From contig PFWT01000003.1 of assembly GCA_002791275.1 (NCBI GenBank), positions 1 to 47,590 on the forward strand: 47,590 nt of DNA, written 5' to 3'. Position numbers and translations under genes: made by a program. How positions within the stretch are numbered: position 1 is the first letter of the stretch; each line of letters begins with the position of its first letter. The notes below the pieces were generated by a model. The model saw nothing but the letters and a program-made list of their open reading frames with translations, was not told where the DNA came from and did no database searches. Positions 8,669 through 19,700 of this stretch are shown here, one piece after another. This DNA comes from Candidatus Uhrbacteria bacterium CG_4_9_14_3_um_filter_41_35. GTDB taxonomy: Bacteria; Patescibacteriota; Patescibacteriia; UBA9934.

Positions 8669-9000
8669 TGTGTATAAAAGGTGAATAGAATTAGTTTGTG
8701 AGAGCAGAAGTCTTAAAAAGACAATATATTGTTGTATTTTAGATATATTAACTGTGAATAACTTTTTAAATCTTCGCTGTAAATGTTGGCATCTACAAGG
8801 AGAAAATGAGAAATTTTCAGCAAATATTATATTAAAAATTGGCAAAATTTGAGATGCGAAATATGTTCAATTAAGCGCGCTGGTATGAAGTTTGGCTACG
8901 CTAGCGTAGCCAAACGTAAATTTGTGTTTATTTGTGAAAATTATTGTTGATTTTGGATAATCTGTGCGTAAAGTTGTTGATAATTCAATTGTTATCCACA
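8669..9000. promoter_or_regulatory. DnaA-box cluster (oriC candidate)
   Basis: TTATNCACA matches at 8669-8677(-), 8753-8761(-) and 8992-9000(+); one-mismatch boxes at 8952-8960, 8963-8971 and 8975-8983; AT-rich non-coding context. Confidence 0.65.
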
Positions 9001-9090
9001 ATAATAGTTTGGTGCAAAATTACTTTTTCGCTAATTTTAGCAAAAAAGCTACTTTCTTAAAAATTGTGTTCAGTGCTATACTAGTTGTGT

Positions 9091-10023
9091 ATGAAACTCA
9101 GGGCCTATTCTGCTTGGTTGATTTTACTACTTCTTATAGTGGCACCGGTTTTTAATGTTGCCAAGGCTCAGATGACCTCAACTAATTACGAAATTCGCTT
9201 TGATAGTGTTGGTGCGGGTGGTGATGATACAAGTGGTTCGGTTACTTATCAACTTCGAGATTCAGTTGGGGGTAGCGGCGAGGGTAATGCAAGTTCTGCG
9301 ACTTACAATTTAACTGCCGGGTACAGACAGGGGGTGTTTGATCAGATTGCTACGTTTGAGACTTATGGCATGAACCGAGTTTCGGAAACTGCAGCTACGG
9401 CATTAACCGGAAATGTTGTTACAGTTAACACGGTTTCTGGTGTTTTGGTCGGAGATATGGCCTACATCGTGCAAGATCAGGGCTCAAATCAACGAACTGG
9501 CTTTGGAAAAGTCATCGACATTACCGGAAATGACGTCACTTTGGATAATATTACAACGCTTGGTGGTAGTTTAACGATAAACGGGAGTGCGGACTATTTT
9601 TATACGGCCAATAATAGTACGCTTGATTTAGGCGTCCTTAATTCATCGACTTTAAGTACAACGGCGCTCGGTTGGACTGTGGATGCGGATGTAAGTGGTG
9701 GTTATTCAGTTTATGTATTTGAAGATCATGATCTTCAACTTACGGTAGGTCCAGATACCTATGTCATTAACGATGTCGCAGATGGTAGTGTTAGTGCTGG
9801 TGCTTCAGAATACGGAGCTCGGTCTTCGGACCAAACACTAGCAGGTTCATCTTTTGACACCACGGACTATAATTTTTCGACAGCCCATCAATTAGTCGGT
9901 AGCAGATCTAGTAATTCGCTACTGAATCGCGATTTTCTCCTGATAAAAACTGGTGTGCAGTCTGGTCAAGAACCGGGAAATTATAGTCACACTTTAACCT
10001 TGATTTATGTGGGGGCTTATTAA
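9091..10023 (+). CDS. secreted beta-rich surface protein, WxL-like C-terminus
   Basis: Signal peptide ending AKA-Q, MTSTNYEIRFDSVGAGG N-terminus, C-terminal PGNYSHTLTLIY resembling the WxL terminal strand; ATG 9091 lies 8 nt after TATACT. Confidence 0.6.
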   Translation: MKLRAYSAWLILLLLIVAPVFNVAKAQMTSTNYEIRFDSVGAGGDDTSGSVTYQLRDSVGGSGEGNASSATYNLTAGYRQGVFDQIATFETYGMNRVSETAATALTGNVVTVNTVSGVLVGDMAYIVQDQGSNQRTGFGKVIDITGNDVTLDNITTLGGSLTINGSADYFYTANNSTLDLGVLNSSTLSTTALGWTVDADVSGGYSVYVFEDHDLQLTVGPDTYVINDVADGSVSAGASEYGARSSDQTLAGSSFDTTDYNFSTAHQLVGSRSSNSLLNRDFLLIKTGVQSGQEPGNYSHTLTLIYVGAY

Positions 10024-10921
10024 GTCGTTATTAGTTGTTGGTGTATTGTGTGCATCGTTTTTAGTTGCTCCAGTTTCGTTCGCTACCTCAATTTCGCCGT
10101 CCGTGGTCGATCTTTCTACTTTGCAAGGCGATACTGTTAATCAGATATTCTATCTTTTTGATGAAAAAAATACGCCAGCTCAATATACAATTGAACTATT
10201 GAATGTTGATCTTGGCACAAACGAGGATGAAATGAGTTTTACGCCTTTATCTGCAGATTTGGCTTCAATGTTCGACATCGGGGAAACTGTGCGTTTTGTA
10301 CAAGCTAAGCAGGTTGAACCGGTAAATTTAACCGTAAACGTGCCGGCTAATATTCAATCTCAGACTCTGGTTGTGGGGCTTAAGGTAACTGAAGTGCAAG
10401 GCGCATCTTCTGGCATTAATGTTCAAACAGGTTTGATAAGTTTAATTTTTATTACTATAGGTGATAATATTGATAGTAGTGCGCAGTTACTTGATTTTTC
10501 GTCATCAAAACTGGTGGCTTCCCAATTACCACTAACGTTTAGAACAACGGTTCGAAATAGTGGTCAGCGAATTTTGCAACCGCAGGGTGAAATTACGGTT
10601 AGAAATATGTTTGGGGGTTTGGTTAGTAAATATGGGGTCAATGAGGAAAAACGTCGAATTCCAATCGGACAGGAGCGGACTTATACTAATAACTGGGGGG
10701 ATTCAGTGACTGGTGACGGTTTTATTTCGAGTTTAAAAAATGAAACCAAACATTTTGCTATTGGTTTTTTCAAAGTTGAACTTAATCTAAAGCCTTATGC
10801 TGGGGGAGAAAATATTACAGCTGTAACCAACATCTTCATTCTTCCTTGGAGGTTTTTGCTGGTTACAACTGCGGTTTTTGCTCTATTTTACGGGGTCGTT
10901 CGCGTGCTTCGAAACAAATAA
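10007..10921 (+). CDS. DUF916/DUF3324-like (WxL-interacting, chaperone-like) membrane-anchored protein
   Basis: Signal peptide, ISPSVVDL, VRNSGQRILQPQGEITVRNMFG, FILPWR followed by a C-terminal TM segment and basic tail. Confidence 0.65.
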   Translation: MWGLIKSLLVVGVLCASFLVAPVSFATSISPSVVDLSTLQGDTVNQIFYLFDEKNTPAQYTIELLNVDLGTNEDEMSFTPLSADLASMFDIGETVRFVQAKQVEPVNLTVNVPANIQSQTLVVGLKVTEVQGASSGINVQTGLISLIFITIGDNIDSSAQLLDFSSSKLVASQLPLTFRTTVRNSGQRILQPQGEITVRNMFGGLVSKYGVNEEKRRIPIGQERTYTNNWGDSVTGDGFISSLKNETKHFAIGFFKVELNLKPYAGGENITAVTNIFILPWRFLLVTTAVFALFYGVVRVLRNK

Positions 10922-10924
10922 CCC

Positions 10925-13726
10925 ATGCTACATTTCTTTGGTCAATCACACAAAGTGTTGGCGTCATTATTGTTATTAATGATATTTTTTGGGTTGCTCG
11001 CACCTCTAGCTTTTGCTGGAACTGTTAGTAGTGTTTACGACCAACCAAGTACGCTTAAAGTAAACACCACCTCAAATCACCGATTTACTCTTGTGCTTAC
11101 GTCTGCTGTTTTGGAGGGTCAAACGCTCACTATAAATTTTCCAACCACTTTTGATACCGCGCTAATTGTTGAAAATGATGTTGATATTACGGACGATTTA
11201 GTAGATCTAACCACAGCCATTGATTGCTCTGGAACTGAACAGGCGTCGGTTTCGATGGCCCTTGATACCTTAACAATCGGCATTTGTGCTGGCGACGGGG
11301 GTGCAATTGCGAGTGACAGTACGGTTGTTATTGAGATCGGAACGAACGCATCAGCTAGCGGTCATCCAGAAAATCAGATCATTAATCCAAGTACAATTGG
11401 AACTTATTCAGCAACTATTGGTGGAACAGCTGGTGCTACGGGGATTATTCCAATTCCGATTATTACAAACGGAACAGGTAATGTTACAGGCTACATTGCG
11501 ACCCCTTCAACTGGTGGATCAAGTGGTGGCGAAGTTATTGCTCCATTACCAACGTATTCAGTGGCGGTCACAAGTCCTAATGGTTCAGAAATCCTGAATT
11601 TTGGTGGCAGCCATAATATCCGCTGGAGCTACACGGGTAGTGTGACCTCGGTTAATTTATTATATTCAACCAATAACGGCGGTACGTATACAAGTATTGC
11701 CGACGGAACTGCAAATACCGGCAGCTATAGCTGGACGATACCAGACGTAAATTCAGACCAGATGCTCATTCAAATCCAAGCGAAAGCTGGGTCGTCGGTT
11801 GTTGCTATCGATACCTCTGACTCTGCTTTTACTATAGTTGGCGCCCCGCCTGTGGTTGTTGAACCACCGCCAGAACCAATACCAGATCCAGTATTACCAC
11901 CTGCGCCCGAACCTACACCTGAACCAACGCCAACTCCAACTCCAACACCCACTCCTCCACCAACCCCAGCTCCAACACCGATTCCGTCCGGCGGTACAGG
12001 TGAACCACCTCCAGTCATCGGTGACGGTGCAACTGAACCAGTGCCAGATGTTCTCCCTAGCCAAACTCGAAAAATTACCACAACAATCAACACAGCTTTG
12101 AAAAAAATCTCAATACCTTCCCAAGCGGGGGATTTTTCTGTTCTGCCAAATCGTATTTCAAATATTATCGTCAATATTCAAGATTATACGAATTTAAATA
12201 AAGTCTCGGCAGTTTATGGGGAGGATGTTGTAGAACTTACGGATATGGGTGCTGGTCTGTACGAGGCTACAGTGCAGTCTGGTTTTTCAACAAAAACGCT
12301 CACAATCACCGCGGATTATAACGATCAAGAGGTGCTCACTGAGGTGTATAGCGTTGGCGTGCAGGAGCTCGGACAAATCGTTGAGCGACTAGACGGTCAG
12401 ACTGTGCCGGTGACTGGGGCGATTTCGATTATTTACGAAATGAAGGACGGTACAAAGAATCAGTGGAACGGTGGCTTTTATGGTCAGGACAATCCAGTGG
12501 TGACTAAAGAGTCTGGCGCGATTGGTTGGTATGTACCAAATGGAACTTATGTGATTACGGCGGCTAAATCTGGTTATGATGATGTTGAAGAAGTTGTTGT
12601 GGTCAAAAATAATATTTTATCGCCACAAATATTTTTAGTCCGGTCAAAAGAAGTGATTGTTCCACCAACGCCCACCTCAGTGCCAGAAACTCTAGCGACA
12701 GCAGTTACGGTGAAAGAAGTGATGCAGGACCCTATTACGCAATTTAATTTACTTGCTGACGAAGCGGTACAGGCAATTAACGAATTTCGAAACTCACCTG
12801 AGGTTCAGGTGGTCGCAGATGTTAGTGAACCTGTAATTGTTGCATCAGCTGTTTCGAGTGCGGTAGTTCTTGCCTCTTCTTTTAATTTGTTGCCACTTTT
12901 GCAGTATATGTTTTCGGCACCAATTTTATTCTTGGCGCGTCGTAAACGACAGAACTTTGGACTTGTCTATAACGCGATCACGAAGGTCCCGATTGATCTT
13001 GCAATTGTGCGCCTGTACACCGAGGCTGGAAAATTGATTAGAACAATGGTTACTGACCAGGAGGGTCGTTATTTTTTCAAAACCGAACCTGGTCGTTACA
13101 AGATCCAGGTAATGAAGAACGGTTTTATTTTTCCAACACAATACTTAAAAGGTCAAAAAGAAGATGGTGCTTTTTTGGATCTTTACACAAGTGGAGTAAT
13201 TGAAGTCCGAAGTGGTGATGTGATTATTACCGCAAATATTCCACTTGATCCGTCGGACGCGCCGAAGTTTCATCGCGCTAAAAGTCTTATTCTGAAACGG
13301 TTCTTACGAATTTTACAAAATATAATTGCGATCAGCGGGGTTGTTTTGGCTGGCATAGTCTTGTTTATCAAGCCCTCTACGTTATCGGTTGTTATGATTG
13401 TGTTGCAGATTGTGATTTACGCGATAACAAAAAAAATTGCCACACCGAAGAAAAGAAAAGGTTGGGGCATTGTTTCTGAAGCCAATAAAAAAACTTCGAT
13501 TGCCAACGCGGTCGTGCGTTTGTTTGAACCTAGATATAATAAATTAATCGAAACAACGGTTACAGACCGTAACGGACGTTACGCGTTTTTAGCGGGTCAA
13601 AACGAGTATTACGTAACGATTGAAAAACAGGGTTACAAAAAATCAGAAATTCGTCCGATTGATTATTCGAAAATGGGAGTACCTACCCCCATCTCAATTG
13701 ATGTTGTGATGGAAAAAGCGGTATAA
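10925..13726 (+). CDS. large surface/membrane protein: Ig-like domains, Pro/Thr linker, three carboxypeptidase-regulatory-like domains
   Basis: Signal peptide; VTSPNGSE...GSYSWTIP Ig-like module; PTPEPTPTP linker; three T(D)xxGxYxF...GxYxIxxxKxGY-type modules; internal TM segments. Confidence 0.7.
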   Translation: MLHFFGQSHKVLASLLLLMIFFGLLAPLAFAGTVSSVYDQPSTLKVNTTSNHRFTLVLTSAVLEGQTLTINFPTTFDTALIVENDVDITDDLVDLTTAIDCSGTEQASVSMALDTLTIGICAGDGGAIASDSTVVIEIGTNASASGHPENQIINPSTIGTYSATIGGTAGATGIIPIPIITNGTGNVTGYIATPSTGGSSGGEVIAPLPTYSVAVTSPNGSEILNFGGSHNIRWSYTGSVTSVNLLYSTNNGGTYTSIADGTANTGSYSWTIPDVNSDQMLIQIQAKAGSSVVAIDTSDSAFTIVGAPPVVVEPPPEPIPDPVLPPAPEPTPEPTPTPTPTPTPPPTPAPTPIPSGGTGEPPPVIGDGATEPVPDVLPSQTRKITTTINTALKKISIPSQAGDFSVLPNRISNIIVNIQDYTNLNKVSAVYGEDVVELTDMGAGLYEATVQSGFSTKTLTITADYNDQEVLTEVYSVGVQELGQIVERLDGQTVPVTGAISIIYEMKDGTKNQWNGGFYGQDNPVVTKESGAIGWYVPNGTYVITAAKSGYDDVEEVVVVKNNILSPQIFLVRSKEVIVPPTPTSVPETLATAVTVKEVMQDPITQFNLLADEAVQAINEFRNSPEVQVVADVSEPVIVASAVSSAVVLASSFNLLPLLQYMFSAPILFLARRKRQNFGLVYNAITKVPIDLAIVRLYTEAGKLIRTMVTDQEGRYFFKTEPGRYKIQVMKNGFIFPTQYLKGQKEDGAFLDLYTSGVIEVRSGDVIITANIPLDPSDAPKFHRAKSLILKRFLRILQNIIAISGVVLAGIVLFIKPSTLSVVMIVLQIVIYAITKKIATPKKRKGWGIVSEANKKTSIANAVVRLFEPRYNKLIETTVTDRNGRYAFLAGQNEYYVTIEKQGYKKSEIRPIDYSKMGVPTPISIDVVMEKAV

Positions 13727-16700
13727 TGAATTCTATAAAATTGTATCGTGAGGTGCGTGTGGAAAACTTTCCGCATGTGCCTGGCGATATGAAAAAAATT
13801 CGCACAAGAAAAACTCTGATTAGTAAGATCACAGCGCTGTTTGTGATCGGTTTTGCTTTTGTTTCGATGTTCGGATTTACTTTGCAGAATTTGCAAACTG
13901 CGCGCGCAGCTTCGGCACCAAACATTGTGAGTTATCAGGGACGGATTTTGAATACAAACAGTGTGCCTGTGGCCGACGCTTCGCTCGAAATGAAGTTTGA
14001 GTTTTACACAGCTGTTTCTGGGGGTACTTGTTTGTGGTCAAACTCTTCAGTAGACTGCGACACTAACACGCCAGGTTCAACCGTGGCGCGAAGTGTGACT
14101 TTGACTGGTGGTTTATTTTCAGAATTGTTAGGCGACACAACAGCTGGCACACCATACGCAGGAATTAGCGATACATTGTTTGCCGACAACGCCGGTGTTT
14201 ATTTGCAGGTCTACATTGCGGGTGAGGCCCTTTCGCCACGAAAACAAATTGCGTCTGTGCCGTACGCTTTGAACGCAGACACCCTCGATGGCGCGGACTC
14301 AACCACTTTTTTGACTGCTACGGGCGACACCGCAACCGGTAATCACGATTACACGGGGGCGATTTTTATGGGCGCTTCACCACTTGTCTTTGAGGGACTG
14401 ACTGATGATACCAACCAAACAACTTTTGCTTTTGTGGATCCAACTGGTACTCGAACGGTTACTTTTAAAGACGAGAGCGGAACAGTGGCGTATTTGTCAG
14501 ATATCTCTGGAATCGGAAGCAAGTGGACCGATGGCGGAGCTGTAACTTACCTAACTTCAACTACTGATGGTCTAGCAGTTGGCGGAACTGGCTTTGCTTC
14601 TGCATCATTTGGAATTGATGAAGCTAATAACACGATTTATATTGGCGAGGGAGCAAATTCAAACGGAAATATTGTTTTTAAGGCTTCGAATGCTGCCACT
14701 GGAACTTTGACTTATGGCACCGCTGACTCTTTCGACTTCACTGGCGGGAATATTACAACCGACGGTAACTTAGCGCTCAACGGAGGAAATCTAACGTCAA
14801 CTTCAACAGCCTTTAATTTCGATATTGGTAATACCGGCTCGTTGCTGTTTAGGGATGGAACCAATACACTGATGACGCTTACCGACGCTGGGACCACTGG
14901 TAGCTTGGGTATTAGTGGGGATCTGACGGTAACAGGTGGCGACATTACGCTTGGTACAACCTCGATCTTTTCAGGTGGTGATACCGCATCACTCAACAAC
15001 ATTGATGCGATTGATGCCACCACCAAAACAACCATTCAAACGGCGATCACTGCACTTGCAAACCTTACTTCTGCAACCTCACTCACCTCGGTTGGCACAC
15101 TTAGCGGTTTAACGGTAACTGGATTTTCTGATTTTACTGGGGCAACTATGGTCGGCGCCTCACCGCTTGTCTTTGATGGTGTAACGGCAGACGTCAACAA
15201 GACAACTTTTGCTTTCACGGATCCAACTGGAGTGCGAACCGTTACGTTTAAAGATGAAAGTGGAACCGTGGCGCTTTTGTCTGACATTGCACTAGCTAGT
15301 AGCAAGTGGACTGATGGCGGAGCTGTAACTTACCTAACTTCAACTACTGATGGTCTAGCAGTTGGCGGAACTGGCTTTGCTTCTGCATCATTTGGAATTG
15401 ATGAAGCTAATAACACGATTTATATTGGCGAGGGAGCAAATTCAAACGGAAATATTGTTTTTAAGGCTTCGAATGCTGCCACTGGAACTTTGACTTATGG
15501 CACCGCTGACTCTTTCGACTTCACTGGCGGGAATATTACAACCGACGGTAATTTAGCGCTCAACGGAGGAAATCTAACGTCAACTTCAACAGCCTTTAAT
15601 TTCGATATTGGTAATACCGGCTCGCTGCTGTTTAGGGATGGAACCAATACACTTATGACGCTGACTGATGCTGGAACCACCGGAAATCTTACGATTACCG
15701 GTGACCTTGGTGCGGTGGGCGGAAGTTTTTCTGGAAATGTAGGGGCTGTGGATGCTACGTTGTCGGGTAATTTAGCGGTTAATGGTGGGACGATCAGCTC
15801 AACCGCTACTGCTTTTAATATTGACGTTGGAAATACGGGCTCGATGGTTTTCCGGGACGGCACAAACACCCTCATGACGCTCACCGACGCTGGGACAACG
15901 GGAGACCTTACGACAAGCGGTGATGTGATCGTTTCAGGTGGCGATATCACCCTCGGTACTACTTCGATTTTCTCGGGCGGAGACACAGCTTCGCTTAACA
16001 ACGTTGACGCGCTAGACGCGACAACGGTTACTACGGTTCAAAACGCCATTACCTCACTCCCAAACCTAACCTCGGCAACTTCGCTCGCTTCTGTGGGAAC
16101 GCTAACGACGGGTGCAACCGGGGCTGGTTTTACGGTAGACCTCGACGCGTCAACTTTGACCTGTACTGACTGTTTAGATTTTACAAGCCTAGCGGATTCA
16201 ATGACGCTGGATGCTTCTTTGGCGATTGCTCAGGGCACAAATACTTGGACGAATACGTATACTGGTACAATTGGTAACGGCTTCACTTATAACGCGAACT
16301 TGACTACAACTGGAACCGCCCAAACCACAAATGTTAATGGTTTAACAACTGGGACAGGGATGCAATTGTCATCACTATCAAGTGCGCGGACTTCAGGGGA
16401 TTTAATGAAAGTATATTTGAGCTCACCGTATAGTGCCGGGGCAACGGTATCTGGAAATATTTTAGACGCAGGTCAGCTTATCTATAATAACTCAACCGGG
16501 GCGGTTGATGTTACTGGCGAAACAGCACTAATTGCACGAACAACAACTACACAAAACGCAGCAGCAACCACCAGCGTAACTGGGGCAGTGGCCTCGATTT
16601 CGAACTCTGCTTCGCAACTTCTTGGAATTTTAACAGACACAAGTAATGTTCTTAAGGTTAGTCAGAACTACGCAAGCGCAACAGGCGCTGTGCTTCAGAT

Positions 16701-19700
16701 CGACAATGCTGGTTCAGGATACGCAATTTCGGCAAACTCAGCTGGCTTTACGGTCGCTTCGAACTCGAACATCGCAACCAATGGTGACCTTACGGTGGCG
16801 GGTGGCGATATCACCCTCGGTACTACTTCGATTTTCTCGGGCGGAGACACAGCTTCGCTTAACAACATTGACGCGCTAGACGCGACAACGGTTAACACCG
16901 TTCAAAACGCCATTACCTCGTTACCAAACCTAACCTCGGCAACTTCGCTCGCTTCTGTGGGAACGCTAACGACGGGTGCAACCGGGGCTGGCTTTACGGT
17001 TAACCTCGACGCGTCAACTTTGACCTGTACCGATTGTTTAGATTTTGCAAACCTTGCTGACTCGATGACTTTAGATGCAGCACAATCTATTGTACAAGGT
17101 AACTATTCGTGGACAGACTATTATTTAAACACCACTGGAGTTGGCCGTTATTATAATGCGAATTTTTTACAAAACTACTCGGCAGCGGTTTATACTGCAA
17201 ATGGAATTATAGCCGGTGGAGTTTTAAAATTACAATCTTCCTCGGCAGTTCGAACGTCAGGAAAATTATTTGTAATTGACAACACAGCTACTTACACAAC
17301 TCCTGCTACAGTGTCAGGTTCACTCAATGACTTGAATCAAACACTGACCAATGAAACGGGTGGACTGATGACTATTTCTGGTAACACTGTAAACATTTCA
17401 CGCTCAAGCGTGTCAAATATTGCGAGTGCAAATACAGTAGTTACAGGAGCGGTGATGGCACTTTCTAATAATGCTACGGAAACAATTGGTCTTGTTAACG
17501 ACTCCGGAAGTATCCTAACACTTACACAAAACTACGCTAATTCCACAGGTGCGGTTTTAAAAATTGACTATGCTGGTACTGGTAATGCAATTCAGCTAAA
17601 CTCACCAACCTCAGGAGATTTAGCAATAAACGGCGGCAATATTACCTCTACAAGCGGAATGCAATTTTCAAGTTCCAGCTATATCTGGAAGGATCTAGGT
17701 GCTAATACACTAATGAATTTAACTGACGCTGGAACCACGGGTAACCTCGGAGTTACCGGAGATATTAGCGGAGTTGGTGGTACCTTCTCAGGTAATGTGG
17801 CGGTAAATGGCGGAACTTTAAGTTCGACTGCTACAACTTTTAATATTGACGTTGGAAATACAGGCTCGATGGTTTTTCGGGACGGCACAAACACCCTCAT
17901 GACTCTAGCCGACACTGGCACAACCGGAAACTTAACAACTACGGGTGACGTTATAGTTTCAGGTGGAGACATTACGCTTGGCGCAACCTCGATCTTCTCG
18001 GGCGGAGACATAGCTTCGCTCAACAACATCGATGCTTTAAACGCAACAACTACAACAACTATTCAAAACGCGATCACTTCACTACCGAATTTAACTTCAG
18101 CAACCTCACTCGCGTCAGTCGGAACTTTAACCACTGGGGCAACGGGGGCTGGCTTTACGGTTAACCTCGACGCGTCAACTTTAACCTGTACCGACTGTTT
18201 AGATTTTGCGAATTTTGCAGATTCGATGACTTTGGATGCATCGACTACGATTAATGCAGGTACTAGTAATTTGTGGCTACTTTCATCAGCTGGTACAAAT
18301 GAACTTCTTTCTCTAACTAATTTTAGAACCGATTCAGCGTTAGGTATAGTTCAAGGTGCGAGTCTAACGGCCACAACACCAACTTCGACGGATGGAGGAG
18401 TATTGCATGTAGTAAATACTTTGAACAATAATATTGGTCTATCGGTTTACAGCGATCACGCAGGTAGCGCTACAGCACCACTTAGCTATCTGTTTGCAGA
18501 CAATGCGGCTTTCGACCAAAACGTAGTGCAAGTAACAAATGATGGTGTGAAATCAGGAATCATGATTGATCAAAATGGAAATACCGGAATTGTATTATCA
18601 GAATCGGTTGGCGGAGCACTGCATGTTTCAAACAGCGGAAACCTTGGCTCAGGAATTACTGCATATAGTAATATTTCGGGACCTAACGCACCATTAGTAC
18701 ACTTTGCTACTGGATCAACTTACGCAAACCAAGCAACTATGTATGTATCGAGTGCAGGAGCCAGTTCACCTGCGCTTGGACTTGAATCGGGCAACACTAC
18801 AAACCTCGGAGCCTTAACAGTTTATAACTCAAGTAATACTGGAGTGGGACTGCTGGTAGATTCGTCTCTTGGTGCAACGGCTAGTTACCCACTTTCGAAT
18901 ATTATTTCTTCAAATGTAGCTTTTGATCAATCACTATTACGAATTAATAACGGTTCTTTGAATTCTTCAAGTGCCGGTCTTGAAATTGCAATGGATGCTA
19001 CAGATGCAACAAATCACATATATTCCGATGCTTTAAAAATTGGATACAATCCAACTATTAATACTGCATCTGGTCTATTAGCAACTGGAAATGCAGTTGA
19101 TGTTTCGCGGACACTGGCAAATAATGGCGCCGGCAGTTTGAATATTTCAGGCGCATTGATGACGCTATCAGATAGTGCAAGTACTTTGGGTGGACTAATG
19201 ATGCATACTGCGCCAATGATTCAAGCTACCCAGAACGTTACATATAGTACTGGTGATCTGATCTCACTTACAAACAATGGTGTTGGTTCGGGTATTGATA
19301 TTGTAAACACAAACAATGTTTCAGGTGCAGGTATAGTAGAAATTTCGGCTCTTGGCTTAACTTCTGGTTATGGATTTAATATAAAGGTTGATGCCTCACT
19401 ACTTTCTACTGGAGCAGCATACAGAGTTAAAGCTGCAACCTTGCTAACTACCCAAAAAGCCTTTAGTGCGGTGGCGAATACAACTGAAACTATTTATATT
19501 GAAACAGACGGAGATATTCATATTCCAGCCGGCTCAATTTGTATTGATAACGACGCCAGTTGTACATCTTCAACAGACGGTACGATTTACTATCGATCGG
19601 CTGTAACAACGGGTGGAGACTTAGCTGAGGTTTATGAGTCAACGGAAGTATTACAGGCCGGAGATATCATCGTGATTGATAGTGCTAACCCACTCAAAAT

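Noticed and set aside
8224-8845. Short ORFs 8224-8490, 8346-8534 and 8660-8845
   Set aside because: AT-rich, no recognisable motifs, and they overlap parS sites, DnaA boxes and hairpins
14518-15680. Diversity-generating retroelement TR/VR pair
   Set aside because: Both copies are in frame in one gene, differences are synonymous and not adenine-specific, and no reverse transcriptase is in the window
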